Origin: Poseidonia sp.
Lineage (GTDB): Archaea > Thermoplasmatota > Poseidoniia > Poseidoniales > Poseidoniaceae
DNA: 64,000 bases
Assembly (NCBI GenBank): GCA_022426155.1
Contig: JAKMEE010000028.1
Span: forward strand, 55,442-119,441
Direction: 5' to 3'
Of the stretch, positions 48,669-59,900 are shown piece by piece (the first letter of the stretch is position 1; each line of letters starts with the position of its first letter). The notes under the pieces are model-generated. The model was not told the origin of the DNA and did not search any database. It worked only from the letters and a program-made list of their open reading frames with translations. Position numbers and translations under genes: made by a program.

Positions 48669-49583
48669 ATGGTGGACCTCAGTACAGCCATTGCGGCGGC
48701 ACAAGCCGAGCGAAGGCAGCGCACAGGTCGCGGCGGGTCTGATGACAAGAAAAAGCGCCGTTCCGGGGCAGATTTGGGCATTGAACCATTCGATCCAGTC
48801 AAGTATGTCAACAAAGAACGAGCCGATACGGCCTCTATGTGGTTAACCATCGGATATGCAACACTCGTCACATGTTTGATGCGATATGTGTTGATGCCAA
48901 ATACGGCGCCAGAAAAATCGGATGTCCTTTACATGTTGCCTTTGGCCATGATTATGTTGATTCCACAAATCCATCGAATGGTCATGCCTGAACGGTTTGT
49001 GGAACACTACACAAAAGGGACCTGGTTCAAGGCATCATTCCTCCACACGTTCACATTCCTATCTCTTGCCTTCTTGCTTGTCAATCCGCCCTTCGGTGAC
49101 ATCGTCGCCCCACAAGTCTCGAGTGATTGGGCAATTGTTCTCAACGATGGCGACACGTTCACATTTGCGGATGGTAGTGGAAGCGATAACCATCTTGATT
49201 GGACTCTCGAAGAGGGTCAATCTCTTGACGGGGCAGTTTGGTTATTGTTCGGTCTTGCGGACAACGTGGAGAACGATGGAGCAGAGGTTCTTGTCAACCA
49301 CCGTTTCCAAAACACGGACACGACCCTAGAAACCAATGGCACGTTTTGGGCTGAACATGGGGAAATGATTGGAACTTGGCGAACCGTTTCAAATAATTCA
49401 GCACCAATGCTTCTTCCTCATGGTGAACAGGACCAAGAATTTGCCATTTATCTTGGAGATTCTTTGGCAGTTGGCGACCACACCATTGTTGTTGAAATCA
49501 CTGAACAAGGTAATCCATGGGTTAACACACGCACCTATGAGTGGATCTTTACGGTACTACCCCCTGTTGAATTAGGCGAGTAA
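48669..49583 (+). CDS. Hypothetical membrane protein
   Basis: 304 aa: basic N-terminus, three TM segments, then a soluble acidic C-terminal domain. Confidence 0.75.
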   Translation: MVDLSTAIAAAQAERRQRTGRGGSDDKKKRRSGADLGIEPFDPVKYVNKERADTASMWLTIGYATLVTCLMRYVLMPNTAPEKSDVLYMLPLAMIMLIPQIHRMVMPERFVEHYTKGTWFKASFLHTFTFLSLAFLLVNPPFGDIVAPQVSSDWAIVLNDGDTFTFADGSGSDNHLDWTLEEGQSLDGAVWLLFGLADNVENDGAEVLVNHRFQNTDTTLETNGTFWAEHGEMIGTWRTVSNNSAPMLLPHGEQDQEFAIYLGDSLAVGDHTIVVEITEQGNPWVNTRTYEWIFTVLPPVELGE

Positions 49584-49748
49584 ATCTCCGTGTTGAATGA
49601 TAATTTGATTCAGCAATGAATCAATCTTTCTTCGGTCGTAAGCTTCACTCGTAGAGCGTTGAATGGCAGCACGACGGTATCGTCGGATGATTGGAGCAAA
49701 AGCAGTCCAGCACAGCAAATCGCCAGCGGTTTGTATAGTGCGGTTCAT
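49572..49748 (-). CDS. Small hypothetical protein (58 aa, below the ORF-track cutoff)
   Basis: Manual translation MNRTIQTAGDLLCWTAFAPIIRRYRRAAIQRSTSEAYDRRKIDSLLNQIIIQHGDLLA fills the gap downstream of the RFC gene. Confidence 0.45.
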   Translation of the reverse strand: MNRTIQTAGDLLCWTAFAPIIRRYRRAAIQRSTSEAYDRRKIDSLLNQIIIQHGDLLA

Positions 49749-49815
49749 GCATCAAGGTCAGGACAGACATACTCCTTCGTTTTCGGGACCCCTTTCATAA
49801 AAACTGAAAGTGAAA

Positions 49816-50772
49816 TTACGACTGAAGGTGGGTGACTATTTTGGCAGTCATTGCATCGAGTTGGATCTGCTCACCCCCACCTTCGACCAAACGGTAATCG
49901 ATTTCTGCCATCCACTCAGTAAGTGCCAATTTAGAAGATTCTTCGAGGAAATCAGCACTGTAGAGTTCTCTATGTAATTGATTGACAAAGTCAGTTCCAG
50001 CCAGGCCGAATTGGTCCAGTAATTCACGAAGGCGGCGGCGGGCTACATGGAATCCATCATCTCGGCATGACATCAAGTAATGGTGCAGGGCCTCGGGTGG
50101 GGCTGTTGCTGAGGTCTCATAGACCAAATCACGAGAAATGGTCGTGTTGAGTGCTGCGGCCACTTGGAGTGCAGTCAATGCCTTTCTGAGATCTCCTTGT
50201 GAAATTCTCGTGAGGGCCTCCACCGCACCATCTTCGAGCGTCAATGATTCTAATTTTGCAACATAAATCACTTGTGATGATACGTCCGCATCCGCTAAGG
50301 GGCGGAATCGGAAGACAGCGCAACGTGATTGGATGGGTTCAATAATCTTTGAAGAATAATTGCATGAAAGAATGAATCGACAGGTTTCTGCATATTGCTC
50401 CATGATTCGCCGAAGTGCTCCCTGGGCATCGTTGGTCAAAGCATCTGCTTCGTCCAAGAAGATGATTTTGAAGGCAGCACCTCCGTAGGGCTGGGTTCGG
50501 GCAAATTGCTTGACCTTGGTTCGGATACTTTCCAATTTCCGTTCATCTGAGGCGTTCATCTCTAACAAATTCTGACGGTAGTGTTCTCCAAAAATATCCT
50601 TCGTCAAAGCCATCGCTGCAGTGGTTTTCCCAGTGCCAGGCGGGCCTGCAAAGAGCAAGTGGGGGAAATTCTTCGACCCCGCATAAGTCCCCAATCGCTG
50701 TACGACGGCAGCTTGTCCCCGGATTTCTTGCACAGATTGGGGTCGGTGCTTCTCCACCCAGAGTTCGCTCAT
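49816..50772 (-). CDS. rfcS: Replication factor C small subunit (no intein)
   Basis: LWVEKHRP, GPPGTGKTT, LEMNASDER, LDEADAL, QGALRRIME, IQSRC, GDLRKA. Confidence 0.97.
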   Translation of the reverse strand: MSELWVEKHRPQSVQEIRGQAAVVQRLGTYAGSKNFPHLLFAGPPGTGKTTAAMALTKDIFGEHYRQNLLEMNASDERKLESIRTKVKQFARTQPYGGAAFKIIFLDEADALTNDAQGALRRIMEQYAETCRFILSCNYSSKIIEPIQSRCAVFRFRPLADADVSSQVIYVAKLESLTLEDGAVEALTRISQGDLRKALTALQVAAALNTTISRDLVYETSATAPPEALHHYLMSCRDDGFHVARRRLRELLDQFGLAGTDFVNQLHRELYSADFLEESSKLALTEWMAEIDYRLVEGGGEQIQLDAMTAKIVTHLQS

Positions 50773-50912
50773 TATCTCCTCTCTCGTCGGCGAGCCTCCT
50801 TCAACATTCGCATGGTGTAAATTTCAAAGAAATGTGATACAGCAACGAATATCCACTTCTTTTCTCATGTCGGCAGAGGGAAAAGTCCGTATAACGGGGA
50901 GTGGTGTAGGGC

Positions 50913-53900
50913 ATGAGTCCCATGCGTAATCAACCGTCAAACCAACGTGGCATCACTGTCCTGCTTCTTGTGATGATGTTCATCTTTGCCGACATGGCCC
51001 TGCCTCAGACCCTTGAAGGTTGGACCCTATTGGAAGACGAACAAGAGCCTAGTCGAACGGTTTCGACACACAGTGTATTGGCCGACACATACATCACCGT
51101 CGCCGACCCAACTGGGACCTACAACGGTTCCACCACAGGGTCGCTTAATGACGACTTGATCAGCGAGTCAAAACTCCTGTTCCGCTTCCCGATGAACTTC
51201 ACCTCTTCCGATACCATCCACAGCGCCACGCTGGACCTCAACTGCACCACGGACGCTGAAATTGGAAGCACGGAAATGATTGCTTATGCTGCAGAGATGA
51301 AGCGAACGTGGAACGGTTCCTATGCCTCGTGGATGATCTATGCCAGTTCTCTTTCATGGGATGTCGCAGGTGCAGATGGCGATGCTGACCGTGGAATCTG
51401 GGAGCCTCCAGTCCGCCTTAGTTCGAATGGAACTCTCTCTCTGAATGTAACTGCCATCGCACAAGATGCTGCACTTAGCAATCAAGCGCATGTCTCCATC
51501 ATTGTAACTTCACTTGGAGCCGCCTACGATTGTTCCATGTCAGAAGCTACCAATGCGGCCTCCCGTCCGTCACTCCTCATCGACAGTTCAGCAACTGCGG
51601 CGGGCTCTGGCCAAACCGTGCAAACGGATTTACCGATTGCAGAAGGGGCGCCTTGGATGGAATCAGCCTTCCTCTTGGCCCCAGTCACAACCCCTGACAT
51701 CAGCTATGCCAACAACACAGGTGCCGAAGTTGAAATTCAATTGAGTCATTCGGATGACTTCCGTTCAATGAGCGATGACCTCTGGCATTTCTCCACCCTA
51801 TGGAATACCTTTGGCTCCACTGGAACAAGTGGACATTACACCATTCCCTCGTCGTTGGCTTTGACCAATGGGAGTGATATGTACATGCGAGTCCGCTCAT
51901 TGGATTCATCTGGGCAGATTGGTACATGGGACAACACCCATTTCCTTCTCCCTAGCCTTGATGTCACCGATAACGGCGACGGTACCGCTACGATGACCTT
52001 AGAGCCAACAGATCTCGGCCTTGCCTCAAATTTCTTCCAAGATGCAACCGTGAGTGAAACATCCAAGACCACCAAGTACGGTGGTGAAGCTACCTTTGAA
52101 GCCAGTATGACTTCGAGCAAAGAACGCATTTCTCATCTCCGTGCATCGCTCAACCAATTGGGCCTCCATGATAATCTCACTATCGTTGACGCTTCCTTGA
52201 ATCTCACTCGCTTTGGCCATACGGGAGATCCCGTTGTATCTTTGCATGGCATGGACGATTCTGGTTTGTGGGTTGAAGATGATATCACATGGAATCAAAT
52301 GTCAACCAACGGAATCCAATGGTACGACGGTGGCCGTGGTAACGGAACTGCAGCATTTGGGTTGGCAGATGGAAACCGCAGCCTTGACCTCTTCTCGTTC
52401 GACATCACGCATCCTGTTCAGAATTATTTGGATGGCGGCGACGATGATCCACTCGACATGCTTCTTGCAGTCCGTGGAAAATACGAATCTCACACCAACG
52501 GTGAAGGAATCGTGTTCCATGCTGCTGAAGGGAACGGTGACCTTCCGGTCTTTTCACTCACCTATGAATGGGGAAGTGGTGTTACACCAAACGCGGTGAG
52601 CCTTACCGCACCCACCGATGGCCTCGCTATTTGGAATCAGACCGGTCACAACCTCTCCGGCAATACCCAACCTTCACTCAACTGGAGTCTTCCAAGCAGT
52701 GGGGATGATATCGTCTTCGAAATGGCGACCGATGAAGACTTCAGATTGCGAACCATGCGTGTGGACACTCGAATCGACAATGACTTCTCACCCGTCGATG
52801 GAACTCTCGCTATGACTGGAGCTAAGACACTCGACCTTGGTAACATGTATTTCTGGCGCATGGCAACTGTGGACGCTGACGGACACTATGGGACATGGGT
52901 CAGTTCAAGTTTCTTGATCTCAAATTTAGAAAGTGAGTGGTTGGGCGGAGACCGATATGAATTCAGAATGAAGCATGGGAACGGCACAGACGACAACCAA
53001 TATCCAGAATGCATGGATACTTACATCGATAGTGGAGATACAAACGGAAATTACAATGGTGACGAAGAAATGGCCATTGATTACAACACCTTGCCTTCAG
53101 AAACCACGGTTTTACTTGGTTGCAATCTGGTTTCAAACCTCTTGCCAAGCGGATATGCAGTAGAGTCTGCTCAACTTCATATGACATTGACCTCCTCAAC
53201 ATTCGGGAACCCAACCATTGCGGTGTGGGAGAATTTGCAGAATAACTGGTCGGACGGAGATGCCACATGGGCAAGTTACGATGGGGACAACTCCTGGGCT
53301 ACAGGAGGTGCAAAAGGAGCGGAACGGGGCTCATTGCTGGACAGTGAGAGCATTGGTAGTTCTTACAGCGAAGGAGATGTTGTGGAATGGAACGTGACAT
53401 TGGCTGTCCAAAATGCCATGCGGGAAGACCGACGTGTTGACTTCATTGCTGGTATGTTGGCTATTGGTTCAGGTTCTTCGAGAACGGCCTACTTCAGTTC
53501 TGCAGAAGGGAGCATGAGCGATCGTCCTGAGTTGACATTTGTATACGTTCCTGGTTCTGATGCAGTTCCTTCCAACCCAACCCTCAATCTGCCTTTGAAT
53601 GGCTCGTGGTCCATTGGGACTGGGGTCGACATGACACCAATTGCTCAACCTGAATTGGATTGGAGCTTCAGCGGAACCATGACCATTGGTGGCTATTTAC
53701 TCCAACTTGACACACAATCTGATTTCAGTTCAGTCGCGTCAATGACCTACGCCTCATGGAATGACCCCGGTTTCGATTTGACAAATTTCAGTTTCACTCC
53801 AAGTTCGGACCTTGATGACGGAAATACATGGTATTGGCGTGTCCGAGCAGTCTCGGCAACCAACCAAATTGGAAATTGGTCCTCCACCTATCATTTCCAT

Positions 53901-56900
53901 CTCCCCAACTTGACCACTCATGTTGTTGATGCTACAAAAGCATCAGTCGAATTGCATCATCGAGAGGCTCTCCCTCACATGAACCTCCCCAATTTCATTG
54001 ATACGTACGTGATGGAAGGTGGTCAAGGGGCATCATCAACCAATGAAAATTCAACTGGGCTTTTGGTTGGAGAAACCAGCAGTGGTCACCAATCTGCTGC
54101 TCTGATTAAACTCCCCTTGAGCGAAATCCCACAGCCTGCAAATGCCCGTGTGACGCAAGCAGAAATCAACCTCTTCGCCGAGTATGGGTCAGCCGTAGGT
54201 GAACCCGTAGCTGTTCGCCAAGTCTTGCAAAATTGGACCACTTCTGCCAACAATACTACCTATGACGGCGTCAACAATTGGTCGTTGCCAGGTGGTCGAA
54301 ATATCGGTGTTGACATCGGCGGATATGTCGATTTAGTTTCAAGCGTGGATGATTCATGGATGACATTTGACATCACCGAAGCAGTTCAAGCAGCTATCGC
54401 TAACGGTGAAACCCATGTTTCCCTAATGATTTACACCTCCTCTGAGACTACGGACGATATCGTGTTCACCTCGACTGAAGGTTCTTCCACAGAACATCCT
54501 TGGATGAATCTCACTTGGGAAGATGGAGCAGGAACGACTCCGACACTTGCCGCGACGAACATTGGGCCTGTTTCAAACAGCATTGTATGGGATTCAACTT
54601 CCCACGCCTTACTGGCCGATGACCAACCCACATTCTCTTGGACCTACGGTTCAACAACAGCCGCTGATCACTGGCGGGTGTTTATTCTCGCAGACGCAAA
54701 TAATGACATGGCGGGATTGTACACCTACGATTCTCGAACGAATGGTTCAGCCTTTGACATTACCAACATGACCTTCACACCACCCGCACCGCTGGTCTAC
54801 TCACGTGAGATTCGTTGGATGGTGCAAGCTGTGAATGATGGAATGCTAGGTCCACGAAGTAATTCCACCCATTTCCACCTACCATCAACCGTCGCCACAG
54901 AAATCAACAGTACAGATGCAACCCTTTCAGTTCAGGAAGGAGCGATTGTCCCGGTTCTGAATTATCCAACTTCAACACAGGATACATTCCTTGACAGTGG
55001 CAATACGCAAAGCAATGAGGGAAATGGTTACTCATTGTATGTTGGTCGAAGCGCTACCGCATACAACAATGTGAACCTTCGTAGTTCATCCTTGATCTCT
55101 GTTGATTTCTCCATGCTCCCAATGCCCGCTACCTATGAAGTCGTTGATGCAACATTGGAACTTGATGTTCTCAACCGTAATGGACAAGTCTTGATGTCGG
55201 TATCCGACATGGTCTCGAGTTGGACTGAATCATCCACATGGGCCTATCCAGCGGGTAACAACTCCTCTTGGTCAGGTACTGGTGCTTATCATACCTCAGA
55301 CTCGAACGCTCCATTCAATCCAGGTTTTTGGGTGAACAGTTCTGATACTGTTGCAGCTAACGTGACTGCTCTAGTTCAACACGCACTTGCCAATGGCCAA
55401 AGTGGAATTGATGTGATTCTGCAAGCCGAAGAGTACAACGGGGCTGTTAACGGCCGAATTGAATTTGCGAGCAGCGAATATCCATTGTTGGACTTGCGCC
55501 CTCGATTGAACATGACTTATCGCTTGATTACACCGCATGTTCCCAGTGCCTCAACAGGTTTACTTCCTGCGGATGGGGCTACCCTTTGGGACACTTCACA
55601 ACCTCGTCCATCTGGCCAAGATATGAGCGAGTTCACATGGTCAGCAACAGTGAACAACGAAACACGATGGATTGCTTGTGCAGCCGACGATGAGCGAATG
55701 ACTCAGGAGGTGGAATGTTATGACCTCAATGCTATCATGGACGGTGCAGAAACAAACATCACTTACGACCCGGTCAATATGACCATCTCAGTAAGCAATA
55801 TGAGCAAGGGTGATTCCTGGGTTTACTGGAGAGTACGAGCTGATCAAGATCATCGAATCGGGGAATGGTCAGCCGTCCATTCTTACCGAAACCCAAGTAA
55901 TTACGGGTCCGATGATGGAAATGGAAACCACACATTGGAACTCTACCGAGAATCGATCTTCAGCGTAACGGGTTCCATCCCATCAGTTCCTGATGTTGAA
56001 ATTGATTCATCAACGAGCGTGAACACTGGTTCATCCGCAAGTCTTGATCTTGGACAATCCTCTGGAGGAAGTGGAGAAAGTCGTATTTTGATGGAATTTG
56101 ATTTGACCAACCTTCCATGGCCAGCTGCGATGACACCCACCTCAATGGTGTTGCAAATGTACCGCACAAGCCTCCAAGGTACATCCTCGACCACCGTATC
56201 AGCACATGCTTGCAGTTCCTTCAACGAAGGAAGCACGATTTGGGCTACAGCACCAAGTTGTTCCACTACTGAAATTACTCGAACGACTCTGACTCTCTTG
56301 CCTCCCGATGGATGGATGGAATGGGATTTGACCAGCCTTGCTCAAGATAACATTGCCAACGGAAACACAACGATGACCATCATGCTGCAGCGTGTTGGAA
56401 CTTCTTCGACCACACACTCCTTCCATTCCTCAGATGTAACCAATGAATCGCTTCGCCCTAGAATTGTATTGGATTACGTTGACAACGTTGCCGGCATTAT
56501 CCCTCCTGCACAACCCTCCCTCATCACACCAACTGATGGGGAAGTTCTGTACGAAGAACTGAGCGGCCTCTTAGTGCCTGAACTCCAACCACTTTTGTCA
56601 TGGAATCCTGTGACGGGAGCCACTGGATACATCGTTTCGATTGCCAATGAGTCTGGAGTGACAAAATACAGATCATGGGAGGATTCTGAAATCACGAACA
56701 CGACCTTCCGTTTCTCGGATAACCTCTCTCAGAGCGATGTTTACTCCTGGTGGGTCCAAGGTGTCAACCAATCAATTCCAGGGCCATCATCGGCCCGATG
56801 GAGTTTCGCTGTAGGTTCCCCAAATCATGTATTCAACAGTGATTTGACCTATACTTACACCTTCCAAACAGGAAATGAAATCGTTCAATACGGCCATACG

Positions 56901-59900
56901 AACATCCAAGATACTGCTATTTATTCCGAATACGGTGCTCAAAATTACGTGGATGACGATGTCATGTCGGTCGGAGAATTCTGCGGTACACTATGGACCG
57001 ATGAATGTCGTGCGACACTGGGACTTGATGCAAGTCAGGTGCCATTTGCACCATACCAACAAGTCCATTCAGCCTCTCTCGGCCTCTTCATCGAAGATTG
57101 GGTCTCAGTTGGTCAAGCGACCTCAATGACCTTCTCAATCCACGAAGTGACCTCTTCTGCATGGAGTCAAACATCGGTGACTTGGAACGGAACAACTTCG
57201 GGTTCACAATGGGGCGCACCTGGAATGCAGGCTGGCGTGGATTATGCTGCCACACCACTGTCACAAGTTGTTCTCAACGTTGATACGACGGGATGGGTTT
57301 GGTTTGATATCAGCACTGAAGGGATGACGTTGTCAAGTTCAACCAAGTGGATTATCTTGGGAACATCCAATGTCGGACACGCACATGCTTCGTTCTACAC
57401 GAGTGAAGCCGGTGACCAAAATTACCGTCCACAAATTCTCTTCAACACGACAAACGTTAGCACCATCGATCTCTCGCCCAGTGGAACTCCTACCACGGAT
57501 GCAGACACCAATGTGCTCTTCCAATACGCTGCTTACGACCATTTGTCCATGGTTCAATCACCGCCAGTTGTCTGGAAGGCAAGTGCAGGTTCAATTGGTA
57601 GCAATGGCTTGTTTACGCCAAGTATGTCTGGTACCATAACGATCAGTGCTTGTTTCGGATTGGTCTGTGGCTCGCAAAACATTACAGTAACTCCTGGTGC
57701 TCCCACTGATTTGATTGTGAGTCCACTCACTGCAACGATCACTGCTGACCAGACCCTTCTCATTACAGCGAACATGGTTGACCAACATGGAAACATCGTT
57801 CCAGGCCAACCTCTGACATTCACTCCAAGCAACGGTTCAATGAGCGCTACAATGCCCAATGAATTCTTACCTCATGCAGCTGGAAGTCATACGATCCGTG
57901 TGACGCATGCTATCACGGGAGGAAGTTTCGTTGATGTTGGTGTCACGGTTCTGACTGGCACTCCTGATTATTTCGAATTGACTGGTTGTTCAGGAACCGT
58001 ACCCGCAGGTGAATGGTGTGATATCACAACGAAATTATTCGACCAATTTGGCAATGAACTGAACCTGAGTGAAGCAGGGAATCTGACATGGACCACAACC
58101 AATGGCAATTATTCTGAAATCAATCAACAATACTTCCCCGACCATGTGGGGCAGTGGTGGTTGAATCTTACCTCAGTGTACGGGGTCAGCTCAGAATTAC
58201 TGATCACAGTTGGCCATGGAGAAATGGCCATGCTTGAATTGAATGTTTCTTCGACCGAGATCACAGCAGACGAACGAGTCTATGTGAACACAACACGTGT
58301 TGACGTTCGTGGTAACCGAATAGCAGTTGTTCTACCCGCAGAAAACTGGACCAAGATCGCAGACGGACAACTTACGCCAGGTGCTCCAGCGATTTGGGAC
58401 CCAATTTCCCGAGGGGCCAAAACCCTTGAGGCTCGGTATGAATCAACACTTGCCCAGGTGATTATTACTGTCTCTGAAGGCGAAATTCAAGCATTGATTT
58501 TGATCGTTGACAACGAAGACGCTGCATTGTCGAATTCACAATTTGACCTCACTGCAGATGAGAGTCTCGAAGTGAAGGTCAAGGCAATTGACGCCAAAGG
58601 AAACCGTTGGGTTGTGGTTGCAGATTGGACCCTCGACCACCCAACAATGGGTGACTCGTCATCGTTCTTGGAAAAGGTCGTTGGCGATTCCACGGTGTTC
58701 ATGCCGTACCTCGCCAGCGAAGATGAATATGTCTTGACAGCGACCTATGATGATGGAACAATCATTCATCAGGTCTCTTTGGAGTCATTGATTAGTCACG
58801 GTTTCTTGCACACTGTCTCCATCTCGGGTGTCGTGAACAATCCTCTATCCACAAATGGTGCAAGTTTCGACATGACCTCAGATTATGCTGTTGATTTCAG
58901 TGCCGAACTATCCGATATGGATGGCAATCGAATCGATGTAAGCCAACTCACATGGTTGCTCATCGAAGATGAATCGGGCGTAGCTACGGACATTACCACC
59001 GACTTGCTGATGAGTGGTATGCGTTGGGAAGCAGGCTCAATTGGAGAATATAGCATTCAAGCCTACAGTATCAGTGGAACGGGATACAATATCACTGACA
59101 GTATCGCCATCACTGTTTATCATGGAATTGCAGTAAGCGTGAATTCCAATCTCATCGCAGGGTCATCTTCAACGACACCCGTTGCGGGCGACTTGATTGA
59201 GATTTACATCAACGGTACAGATGCAGATGGGAACATCTTCGCACAAAATGTGCAATGGGCCGAAAACGGAAGTGAAGTTACTACACTCACAGCGGTTGAA
59301 GCCACCGACGGAGCCTATGTCTACGCTGCAGAAATTGCTGGTATCCACACCCTCTTCTTTGAAGCAGGTGATGCATCCTCGAGCCTGGAATTGAATATTT
59401 CAGCCCAGAGTATCGTCAATCGTTTGGAAGTGAATCTTTCTGCAACAGGGGTTGAACAACTTGGCACCGTCCAAATATCCATCCGAGCATTCGATGTGTT
59501 CAACAATGAAATCCCTGTACCTTCAAGCATTCAAGTTGATGCTACTGGCCGTGCAAGTGTGACCATGCAAACTTCAGATTCATGGACCATCACAACACTC
59601 GAAGATGGAGCTCAAACGATCACCGTCAATGTGGGAGCCGTCCGTGTAGATTCAGACATTGAAGTGACGGGTACATTGGCAGGATTCTTTGAATCAGGCG
59701 GAACATTGTATTACGTTGGGGCAGGATTACTGGCCCTCGTTGGGTTGGTATTGGTTGGCTTGCTCGTTAATTTCATGCGCTCTGGAAGCGATGATTGGGA
59801 CGACGAATATGAGGAAAAATACGAAGATGAATCAGTAGGAGTTTCCTCAGGTCCTGCAGCAGGCCCAAGTGGTCCCGCACCAGGTCAATCAGGTCCTGCT

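Noticed and set aside
49816-50772. Intein in the RFC small subunit
   Set aside because: 318 aa, with Walker A directly followed by normal sequence.
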